Made by a program: the position numbers and the translations under genes
Source: Ignavibacteriota bacterium
GTDB lineage: Bacteria; Bacteroidota; Ignavibacteria; UBA10030
Direction: 5' to 3'
Assembly: GCA_963727825.1 (NCBI GenBank)
Contig: CAVSHO010000011.1
Coordinates: forward strand, 160,001-224,000
Length of the DNA: 64,000 nt
Notes under the pieces: model-generated
Databases searched by the model: none
Told to the model about the DNA's origin: nothing
The model's input: only the letters and a program-made list of their open reading frames with translations
Shown here: one piece after another, positions 55,780 to 64,000 of the stretch
Position numbering within the stretch: the first letter of the stretch is position 1
How the letters are laid out: every line of letters begins with the position of its first letter

Positions 55780-55811
55780 AAAAAGCCCCTCCAGTTGCAC
55801 CGAAGAGGCTT
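55780..55811 (-). terminator. Intrinsic terminator between the DUF3667 gene and pfkA
   Basis: AAGCCTCTTCGG-TGCAA-CTGGAGGGGCTT followed by T-run on the minus strand. Confidence 0.6.
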
Positions 55812-55924
55812 CGCCCGACACTGTTAAATTAACATTAAGCTTCTATTTTCTTCACCTGTCTGTTCTGTTGAAATATCTCACCAAGCCAAGCACCAAAGAG
55901 GGAGATAAAGATTTCTATGCGCGC

Positions 55925-56827
55925 TTAAAATATCATAATGGCAATTAATGCCGTCAAGAAAAATAAAAAAGCCATCGAAATAAATTGCAGCACACCAACA
56001 AGAAGTGTTTTCCCAATCATTTTCACGCGCGAACCTTCATATACATACCTCAATGCCATAAACAGATAGAGCGGACAGACGATGATTGGAACTACGAATG
56101 TCAGCGGTGTTCCCGCAAGCCAATCCACTACTATGCATACAGTGAATAGAAGGAATACAAAACTAAAATAATGGATTGAGAATACAAGTGTACCTATGTA
56201 GGACTGTGCCTTTCTCCGGTTCAGGAGAAAAACAAAGAGGGCAAATAACGGCATCAAGGCAAACATCATATAAGATATTCCCTTCATCAAGAGGTGATTG
56301 AACCCCTCCTGTCCCTCTGTGCCGATGCGCGATATTTGCCGCACAATGTACCTGTTCAGTATTGTAAGAGCCATGCCGCGGGATTGCATGAGAGAATCTA
56401 GTTGTGCTTGCTGAAGCCCCCGTAGCTCCTGTGAATTTATTTCGTTGTATGTGATGCCTTTTGTAGTGCGGGGCGAATCTGCCGAAGAGACCGAATCATG
56501 CTTTCCGGGCGATAAGGATAAAAGAAGGAAAAAAATAAAACTGATGAAGATGTACAACCTGACTGGTGGAACGTACCGCGCACGTTTTCCTTTGATGAAT
56601 TCCGACGTCACAAATCCTGGCTTTAAGGTAAGTGCCTGTATTGTCCGGATAGATTTTATATCGAAATGGAAAATTCCTTCTAGCGCTTCTCCTAATAAAT
56701 GCCGCAGTGGGATATTGAGATCGTGGTTCTCTTGCCCACACAGAGGACAATAAGTGTATGATGTCTCAAGTCGCGTGCCGCAATTTGAGCACTCCGGAAA
56801 TTTCCGTTTTTTTATTTTTTTCTCCAC
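55925..56827 (-). CDS. DUF3667 zinc-ribbon membrane protein
   Basis: CSNCG...CPLCGQ, KPG..T.EF..GKR.RY.PP.RLY motif, multiple TM helices. Confidence 0.85.
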   Translation of the reverse strand: MEKKIKKRKFPECSNCGTRLETSYTYCPLCGQENHDLNIPLRHLLGEALEGIFHFDIKSIRTIQALTLKPGFVTSEFIKGKRARYVPPVRLYIFISFIFFLLLSLSPGKHDSVSSADSPRTTKGITYNEINSQELRGLQQAQLDSLMQSRGMALTILNRYIVRQISRIGTEGQEGFNHLLMKGISYMMFALMPLFALFVFLLNRRKAQSYIGTLVFSIHYFSFVFLLFTVCIVVDWLAGTPLTFVVPIIVCPLYLFMALRYVYEGSRVKMIGKTLLVGVLQFISMAFLFFLTALIAIMIF

Positions 56828-57291
56828 TTTTGTAATTCTAAATCAGAGCACACGTTTTGTTTTTTGGCCACACCACGCGTTTGAAAACTTATAGGTGTAT
56901 ATTCCATCAACTCGATGTCATTGCCATCCGGGTCTTTGATCCATGCTTGTTTAGAATTATCCATTCCGACCGTAATCTGTGAAATATTGACGCCTCTTTT
57001 AACAAGTAGATCTCTATATGTTTCTAATTTCTTCACCTCAAAGCATAAATGACGGTACTTGCTTCCGTGTTTTAATGCTACCACGCGGCCGCCCCATTGT
57101 CGGACTGCACCCGCTTGATTAAAAATTTCGATGAACGTCATCTTACCACATTTGATATACCATCCAAATGGTTTACCTTTATCGTTATCAAGTGTGAATG
57201 CTATTTTCAATCCGAGTTTCTTTGTATAGAAATCAACCATTTCTTTATGCCTATCAGAAAACAAATTAATGTGAGCAAGTTGTGTAATCAT
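56812..57291 (-). CDS. VOC/glyoxalase-family protein
   Basis: AHINL..FY..KLGL, HLCFEV, WIKDPDGNDIELME. Confidence 0.85.
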   Translation of the reverse strand: MITQLAHINLFSDRHKEMVDFYTKKLGLKIAFTLDNDKGKPFGWYIKCGKMTFIEIFNQAGAVRQWGGRVVALKHGSKYRHLCFEVKKLETYRDLLVKRGVNISQITVGMDNSKQAWIKDPDGNDIELMEYTPISFQTRGVAKKQNVCSDLELQKWRKK

Positions 57292-57316
57292 GAATATCTC
57301 CAGTTTAATAAATCGT

Positions 57317-58385
57317 TTACAGTAAAATCAATTTATTGCCATTCTTTGCAGATTCAAAACACGCATCCATCACCCGCTGTGTCATTACGGACATCATCGG
57401 CCATTCATCATTTAATTTCCCTGAACGAATTTGATCGACAAAATTTCGGATCATTTTTGTATCCTGTGCATGAACCCTGCTCTCGGTATGCTCGCCCGTG
57501 CAATCACAGCATTTGACTCGCACTTGAGTATTATTGACCTCAAACGATGGTTCGTGAATGCTTGATGAATGGACAAAATCAGGGACATACAATTTTCCAT
57601 TCGTGCCGCTAATAATACTCCACTGTTGAAACGCTGCCAGGAACGAGCAAAAGAAACTGGCAGAAGTATCATCGTCAAATATAAGCTCTCCAGAAAAATC
57701 CGTTGGAGTTGGTGCAGGACTAATATTGCTGCCCTGTTGAGATAGAATCCTTCCGGTAACACCATATGGCAACTGCCAATTCATCGTCCATAGCGTAAAT
57801 CGAATATTATACCAACCGAGATCACCAAGACAACCGGTAGGTTCAAGTTCGCTGTGCAAACGGATATTTGTCCGTCGATACTCTTCAGAAGCCAAGAAAC
57901 TAAACATAGAGGAGATTCGCTTAATCTGACCGATATTTTGATTATCATCCAACACTTCGCGGATGCGTAGAAGTCGGGGATTGTGCATAAACATAACGCC
58001 GTCCATAAACTGCACTTTGTTTTGTCGGCAGGTATCTACCATTTCTTGCACATCATTTAAATTTAAGCCGCACGGTTTTTCGCAAATGACATGTTTGCCT
58101 GCTTTTGCCGCTCGCAAGACCCATTGCTTGCGCAATCCGGTAGGCAGTGGAATATACACTGCGTCGATATCAGGCGCATCGATCAATTGCTGATAATTGT
58201 CATACGCCTTCGGACGCACTTCAAATGTATTTTCAGACCTGGCAGTTCTGAATAAACTGTTCACTTCTCTCAATAGCACGACTGGCGACGGCAACCACAA
58301 CTGAATTTCCACTATCGAAAATAGCGCGCCAGTTTTGACGAGCTATATCCGCTGCACCTAAGATACCCCAACGAAGTTTTTTCAT
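57317..58385 (-). CDS. Gfo/Idh/MocA-family oxidoreductase (+1 frameshift near 58240)
   Basis: True N-terminus MKKLRWGILGAADIAR from ATG 58385 is in a different frame; DAVYIPLP, KHVICEKP, GCLGDLGWY. Confidence 0.88.
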
Positions 58386-58426
58386 ATTTTAATTCTCGCT
58401 TATTTTCTGTCAATGAAAAAATAATA

Positions 58427-59491
58427 CTAACCTACTTTAGCAATATCGCGTTGCGCTCGCCACTCCTTAATATTGGAAGGTGGAATTAATATTTGATCTG
58501 ATTCCCGATGTTCTAAATGAAGTGCTTCAGTTGGGCAAACAAGGACACACAAACCGCAACCGACACAATGCTTTAAATCCACAGTAAGCATTGTATCCAG
58601 AAGCGACAGTGCTTTAAACTGACATCGGTCGATACAAGCACCGCACAGAGAACATTTTTCTTCCTCTAACGCAATTTGGAAACTTGAATGTGCAACTGCA
58701 CTGAGAATTCCATATTCAGCAATGCCTCTCATAATTCCACAGCAACACGTGCAGCAGTTGCAAATATATTCTATTCCGTCTCGATAATTACCGGAAGAGT
58801 GCACAAGCCCTGCTTCTTCCGTCTCCCACAGAATTTTAAGCGCCTCTTCTTTCGTGATTGCCCGATCCACTTTACTCCGGTCAAAGGCATTCCTCACAGG
58901 CGCAAACACCAAACAGGTTTCTAACGCATGATGGCACTCCTTACCTAACAAATGTTGTTGCTTGCGGCAAATACAATCCCGCACTCCCCACGATTGCGCT
59001 TTTTCCAACAATGCAGTTGCCTGTTCATAAGGATCTATATTTATTCTTAGTGGAATTGCCCTGCCAACCGGTATGACTCGATGAAGCGCCGGCGTCGGAC
59101 GAAGCACTCCACCTTGTGTCTCGCGGTAATACTGTTCAAACAACTCTGCCATTTCTTTATCCATGCTCGGTAACTGTCCTTCATAAAACCCAACAACGAA
59201 TGGACGCAAGGCATATGTAAATTCTCCCTCCCCTTTTCGCAGATCGATCAACCCCTTTGCGACCATCCGTTTCAATATATCTCGTGCCTCCTTGGGATCA
59301 TTTCCGGTCCTATTCGCAATTACCGCAATAGATTCAGGCTCCAGATTCATAGCACACGCCAGCAATGCTTCTTCTGGTGCGAATATCTTAGCAAGCATTT
59401 GATATTCAACATCGCTCTGTGTTCTTGGGAATCGATTAGGAAGTTCGTCTAATTTTTGAGCCAGACGTTGGAATATTTCGTTTTGCACCAT
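58427..59491 (-). CDS. 4Fe-4S dicluster-binding protein
   Basis: CICRK, ICNCCTCCCG, CSLCGACIDRCQ, CVGCGLCVLVCP. Confidence 0.85.
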   Translation of the reverse strand: MVQNEIFQRLAQKLDELPNRFPRTQSDVEYQMLAKIFAPEEALLACAMNLEPESIAVIANRTGNDPKEARDILKRMVAKGLIDLRKGEGEFTYALRPFVVGFYEGQLPSMDKEMAELFEQYYRETQGGVLRPTPALHRVIPVGRAIPLRINIDPYEQATALLEKAQSWGVRDCICRKQQHLLGKECHHALETCLVFAPVRNAFDRSKVDRAITKEEALKILWETEEAGLVHSSGNYRDGIEYICNCCTCCCGIMRGIAEYGILSAVAHSSFQIALEEEKCSLCGACIDRCQFKALSLLDTMLTVDLKHCVGCGLCVLVCPTEALHLEHRESDQILIPPSNIKEWRAQRDIAKVG

Positions 59492-59550
59492 CAGTTCTAA
59501 TTTCTGAAAAATATAAATTTTCTCATAAAGTGAATAATTGATTGGAAAGG

Positions 59551-60714
59551 TTACTTCGGGAATGCATCTAACTGGTTCGGCGCTTTCGCCTCAGGAATTA
59601 ATTGCACAGTTTTGAATTTCTCTGTGAGGCCAGCCAACTGCTTGTCGGCCTTATCGTAGTTGTTCTTCGCATTGTTAAGCTGCGTCCCAAGTGTTTCAAA
59701 TATATCGTTGAACTTTCGCAATTCCGTACCAAGCAATTCAAGATTTTGAAATATTTCTTTTGCACTTCTCTCTATTTGCAATCCTTTCAAGCCCAGCGCA
59801 ATAACCCGCAGGTGCGCATAAAAGCTATTGGGTGACACCGGTACAACCCGCTTCTTCGTTGCGTAAGCGTAGAGTCCATCTTCTTCCGCATAAGATTCTT
59901 CTTTGATGATGGTTTCGTAATAAATATTTTCCGCAGGAATGTACATAAGCGCAAAGTCGAACGTTCCTTCATCGGGTAAAATATATTTCTCTGAGATTGC
60001 GTCAATATGTTTTTTAACATCCGATTTGAAAAGACGAGCAGCGGTTTTCTTTTCTTGTTCAGTTTTGGCATCAAGCATCTTGCGGAAATTTTCGAGCGGA
60101 AACTTGGAATCTACCGGCACTTTGCCGCCAGCTGTGTTTATAATAGCGTCGACCGTTTGACCATTACGGAATGTATATTGAATATCATATGCATTTGCAG
60201 GAAGAACTTGTTTGAGCAGATCTTCTAACAATAATTCACCAAGTCCACCGCGCAGCTTCGGTGCCTTCAGCATTTCTTCTAGTTTGGAAACGCTTTGGCC
60301 TAACTCCTTAATCTCTTGCGTGGCTTGACCAAGCTCGCCAAGTTTGTTCTGCACATCTTGAATAACCTTTGCTGCATTATCCAAACGCGAACCCATTTGA
60401 CCGGTATTATTTTGCAGCTGTGATGTAACACTGCTCAATTGCGAAGTAACCGTCGTCAGCTGCTGATTCACGGTTTCCGAAGTCGCTTGCAGGCTTTTAA
60501 ACACAACGTCAGTCGTGTTTTTCAGCGATGTAACAAGTGTATCTGTTGTGTTCTTGAGATTTTGGCTTACTTCGCCGCGTAATGCATCGACTTGCTGCTG
60601 AAAAAGCAATGTGGTCTCAGGGGAATTTTCTCTATTTCGTGTTGACTGACGAAGCAATAGAATGATAATTAAAATTACGACTAATAACGATATAATTAAC
60701 GATGCAACTTCCAT
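59551..60714 (-). CDS. rmuC: DNA recombination protein RmuC
   Basis: N-terminal TM and coiled coil; RGGLGE..L, VDSKFPL, KYILP.GT.DFALMYIPAE, VSPNS. Confidence 0.9.
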   Translation of the reverse strand: MEVASLIISLLVVILIIILLLRQSTRNRENSPETTLLFQQQVDALRGEVSQNLKNTTDTLVTSLKNTTDVVFKSLQATSETVNQQLTTVTSQLSSVTSQLQNNTGQMGSRLDNAAKVIQDVQNKLGELGQATQEIKELGQSVSKLEEMLKAPKLRGGLGELLLEDLLKQVLPANAYDIQYTFRNGQTVDAIINTAGGKVPVDSKFPLENFRKMLDAKTEQEKKTAARLFKSDVKKHIDAISEKYILPDEGTFDFALMYIPAENIYYETIIKEESYAEEDGLYAYATKKRVVPVSPNSFYAHLRVIALGLKGLQIERSAKEIFQNLELLGTELRKFNDIFETLGTQLNNAKNNYDKADKQLAGLTEKFKTVQLIPEAKAPNQLDAFPK

Positions 60715-60778
60715 GGTACTTCTTCCTTTTTACACTCTTTCATTTACAAATTCATTTCCGCCATTTTTCTTGTTCCTT

Positions 60779-61921
60779 CTACCCTTTCAAAAACATCAAT
60801 ACCACTGTTATCATAAACATAAAGAACATCATGCGCGCAAGCGGTAAATGATTTCGCTTCATCCATCCCCAGGCGATTGCTGCTCCGATCATTATCACAG
60901 CAAGAGCAATCGTGCTCGCAATACTTTTTGCAACGGAGAATGTCATTCCATAATAAAAAGCCAGACTCCGTTCATTCCAGAACCTTCCATAAATAACAAG
61001 TAAGTGCGCCGTGTACACCATCAATGATTCCCTGCCGACGTCTAACACGAACGAATTTTCCGTCTTGCGATAGTCTGCGTAGAACCAACAGATCGATAAA
61101 AGTAACATCACAATTCCAAGCCGTTCAAGAAAGAATAATGGGTTTGCACGAATATCTATCGAAATGATATGCACACTTGCCTGCAATTCCATTCCAATCA
61201 TGCAAACGACAAATAGAACGGCTCCTGCAAGTGCAAAACGTAATATAAATTCTCTTTCCTTTTTCTGCTCGCGGGCATCAATATATCCTGAAGCGAAGTA
61301 ACCTCCAAAGAGCATAAACGCCAACCAGGGGAAAAGCGGAAATAGGGAATAATGCTGGCTATTGATATATGCTGAGATAGGCGCTGGAATCCATTTCAAG
61401 AAATCAACATTCCATACAAACATCGTTGCAAAAACTACAAACAATCCACTTGTCAAGAGAAACGTCCGGTAAGTCCGAGCATTTTTTATCACTAATCTCG
61501 AAATAAAAAGCACGAGCAAACCAAAGGCAATGCAGTGAAGAATATCCACCTGATAGAAACTCAGCCATCCTTCTTCTGTTGTGTCTGTAATCATTCGACG
61601 AAATGAAAAAAAAGGCAGGTGCAAAAAATAACCAATACCCCACACCAATCCGATTCGCCCAAGTTGTTTCCAAAATGCAGATCCGTAAGTCCGAAATGAT
61701 TCCAGCTTCCTTTGACTTGCAATCAAGAATACAAAACCAGAAATAAAAGTGAAACTTGGCGCAACTAACCCATTGATAAAGTTCAGAACATTGAACCAAG
61801 AAGTAGTTTTCAACGCTGGCAAAATAAAGGCGTTAAATACATGAACTTCAATCATCACCAGCAGCGCCCATCCACGCAGAAGGTCGATGAAAGCAAGTCG
61901 ATTTTTTGTCGGAGCAGCCAT
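60779..61921 (-). CDS. DUF1624/HGSNAT-like membrane acyltransferase
   Basis: RLAFIDLLRGWA..MI..H, DILHCI, FPLFPW, many TM helices. Confidence 0.75.
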   Translation of the reverse strand: MAAPTKNRLAFIDLLRGWALLVMIEVHVFNAFILPALKTTSWFNVLNFINGLVAPSFTFISGFVFLIASQRKLESFRTYGSAFWKQLGRIGLVWGIGYFLHLPFFSFRRMITDTTEEGWLSFYQVDILHCIAFGLLVLFISRLVIKNARTYRTFLLTSGLFVVFATMFVWNVDFLKWIPAPISAYINSQHYSLFPLFPWLAFMLFGGYFASGYIDAREQKKEREFILRFALAGAVLFVVCMIGMELQASVHIISIDIRANPLFFLERLGIVMLLLSICWFYADYRKTENSFVLDVGRESLMVYTAHLLVIYGRFWNERSLAFYYGMTFSVAKSIASTIALAVIMIGAAIAWGWMKRNHLPLARMMFFMFMITVVLMFLKG

Positions 61922-61939
61922 TTGTAAGTTGTTAATTTG

Positions 61940-63154
61940 TCAGATAAGTTTCATTTTCTTTCCAACCTTCTCAAACGCTTCTAGTGCGCAATTGATATTT
62001 TTTTTTGTGAGCGCAGCAGACATCTGAGCACGCAATCGGGCTTCACCTTTTGGAACAACTGGATACCACAACCCTTTTATATACACCCCAGCTTTAAGCA
62101 ATTGGCTGCTCATTTCCTGAGCGACGGACGCTTCGCCAAGCATTATTGGAACAATAGGATGCGTACCCTCAATAATATTGAGACCGATACTTTTAATTTC
62201 TTTTCTGAAGTACGCTGTATTCTCCTGAAGTCGTCTGATGATTGATTTATCTTTCATCAACAAGTCGAACGCTGCGATTGAACCGCAAACCACTGCAGGA
62301 GGAAGCGAGTTTGAAAAAATATATGGCCGTCCTTTTTGGCGCATATACCCAATCATTTCATTCGAGCCGCTGATAAAACCACCAGCTGCACCGCCAATCG
62401 CCTTGCCGAGAGTGCCAACTGTTACATCAATTTTACCAAGCAAGTTGAATTGCTCGGCCGTTCCTCTGCCGGTTTTGCCGCATACACCAATACCGTGCGC
62501 ATCATCTATAAAAACGACGGTACTGTAATTTTTAGCGAGTTCAAGAATTTTTGGCAGCGGTGCTAAATCACCTTCCATACTGAAGACACCATCTGTGGCG
62601 ACCATCCGTATGCGATAATCTTTGTTTTTATCTTCCTCCAATTGCCGTTCGAGGTCGGAAACATCACCATGATTATAAATTTTACGATCTGTAGTTTCTG
62701 CACGGCATAACCGCTGTCCATCAATAATGCTGGCGTGATTTAAGCGGTCGCTGTAGATCACATCTTTGTAGTTCTCGTATCCAAGCTTTTCGTTTGTCAG
62801 TGCAGAAAAAAATGCAACGTTAGCCGCAAACGACGAAGAAAAAAGAATAGTATCCTCTGATTTCAGAAACTTCGATATTTTATTTTCTAGTTCAAGATGA
62901 ATTGTCTGTGTGCCGGTGAGAAAGCGCACAGAGGCAAGTCCATATCCATATTTCTTGATGCCATCAATTGCGGCTTTGCATACAGCGGGATGATTCGACA
63001 TCCCTAAATAATTATTCGACGCGAGCATTACAACTTCTTTGCCGCGCACCTTCACTATACCGTCTTGTGCAGACTGGAGAGCAGTCTCATATTTAATGGT
63101 TTGAGATTCTTCGAGCCGTTTCAGCTCGGCGGCAAGCAATTCATTGAGATTCAT
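61940..63154 (-). CDS. kbl: Glycine C-acetyltransferase (2-amino-3-ketobutyrate CoA ligase)
   Basis: NNYLG, ASVRF, LNHASIIDG, TDGVFSMEG, GTLGKA, RPYIFSN, PVVPKG.ARLR.Q.SA. Confidence 0.9.
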   Translation of the reverse strand: MNLNELLAAELKRLEESQTIKYETALQSAQDGIVKVRGKEVVMLASNNYLGMSNHPAVCKAAIDGIKKYGYGLASVRFLTGTQTIHLELENKISKFLKSEDTILFSSSFAANVAFFSALTNEKLGYENYKDVIYSDRLNHASIIDGQRLCRAETTDRKIYNHGDVSDLERQLEEDKNKDYRIRMVATDGVFSMEGDLAPLPKILELAKNYSTVVFIDDAHGIGVCGKTGRGTAEQFNLLGKIDVTVGTLGKAIGGAAGGFISGSNEMIGYMRQKGRPYIFSNSLPPAVVCGSIAAFDLLMKDKSIIRRLQENTAYFRKEIKSIGLNIIEGTHPIVPIMLGEASVAQEMSSQLLKAGVYIKGLWYPVVPKGEARLRAQMSAALTKKNINCALEAFEKVGKKMKLI

Positions 63155-63224
63155 GATCGGCTGGCTTTTGCATATTAAATTATAAGATTTTAATTAACAA
63201 TTTAATTATTGAGATAGCTTTTCA

Positions 63225-64000
63225 CTATTTCTTCCTTAATCGGATAGAAAACGACCCATCCATTCCATGCTTATGCCTGAAGGTTTCAACTTGTCCTTGA
63301 TTTCCAATAAGGTCCTGATGAATAATATTACTTCCAGATTCTATGGAGAAATCAAGATGTTGCTCAAGAAATTCTTTGATAAGGTCAATATTTTCTTCAG
63401 GTTCAATCGTGCAAGTACTATAGACAAGGACACCACCCGGTTTCACGAGTTTCGCTGCATTCTCCATAAGTGATTTTTGCAAATGCACGAGCTTGGGAAT
63501 ATCATCTGCATCCCGCTGCCATTTCGCATCTGGTTTCTTTGAAAGCACGCCAAGTCCCGAGCATGGAGCGTCCACCAGCACTTTTTCTGCCGGTGGGATT
63601 TCAATTGTTGCGCCATCGTCAGCTATCAAATGCACATTTGTGATACCGAGCCGCTGGCATGCACTCTTCACAAGATGAAGACGAGTCTCATAGCGATCGA
63701 CAGCAATAATTTCACCGAAGTTTTTCATCAATTCCCCGATGAAAGTTGTTTTCCCGCCCGGCGCCGAACAAAGATCAATAACACGTTCTCCAGGGTTGGG
63801 ATCCAATAAAAGTACCGGCATGCCTGCACTTTCATCCTGTACAGAAAAATATCCCTGCTGGAAGAGTTCTGAACTGCCGATGTCAGCCATGTGCTGAACT
63901 CTGACAAAATAATCGAGATACGGAGAACGTGAATATTGAATCTGATGTTTTTCTAACAATGAAATGAAATAATTGAAATCAACTTTTAAGCGATTGACGC
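63225..64000 (-). CDS. rsmB: 16S rRNA m5C967 methyltransferase, C-terminal part (runs off window)
   Basis: VQDESA, DLCSAPGGKT, VDAPCSGLG, VYSTCT.EPEEN. Confidence 0.9.
   Translation of the reverse strand, partial: VNRLKVDFNYFISLLEKHQIQYSRSPYLDYFVRVQHMADIGSSELFQQGYFSVQDESAGMPVLLLDPNPGERVIDLCSAPGGKTTFIGELMKNFGEIIAVDRYETRLHLVKSACQRLGITNVHLIADDGATIEIPPAEKVLVDAPCSGLGVLSKKPDAKWQRDADDIPKLVHLQKSLMENAAKLVKPGGVLVYSTCTIEPEENIDLIKEFLEQHLDFSIESGSNIIHQDLIGNQGQVETFRHKHGMDGSFSIRLRKK

Noticed and set aside
55740-55924. Possible riboswitch upstream of pfkA
   Set aside because: Only a terminator hairpin is supportable; no recognisable aptamer consensus.

Overview
Bacterial genomic window, most consistent with the Ignavibacteria/Chlorobi-Bacteroidota group (a QNYPNPFNPTT-type T9SS C-terminal domain, a GWxTD protein). 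Left to right: (1) 1-2.2 kb, an AT-rich edge of a probable integrated element; (2) a translation/RNA-modification block (tRNA-Arg ACG, rlhA-like U32, DUF1385, prfA, tadA, tRNA-Arg UCG, YgiQ radical SAM); (3) a ~29 kb accessory locus (10.3-39.3 kb) that looks like one surface-appendage system: a ~5,340-aa beta-rich T9SS-exported protein translationally coupled to pilin-like (DUF4402-type) genes, a major pilin candidate, a PapD-like chaperone, an atypical usher-like protein with a C-terminal TPR, a tandem array of small pilin-like paralogs, and a divergent sensorless kinase plus sigma54 activator. Four matching sigma54-type promoters (TGGCAY-N5-TTGA) with palindromic enhancer sites at conserved spacing link these units; (4) a hexuronate-to-6-phosphogluconate operon with a LarA-family epimerase; (5) housekeeping genes (pdxA, ftsE, nfu, mrp, rtcB-archease, purC, aat, pfk, rmuC, kbl, rsmB). 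Several genes carry small indels that look like assembly/consensus errors. Family assignments come from motif recognition by eye, not database searches.
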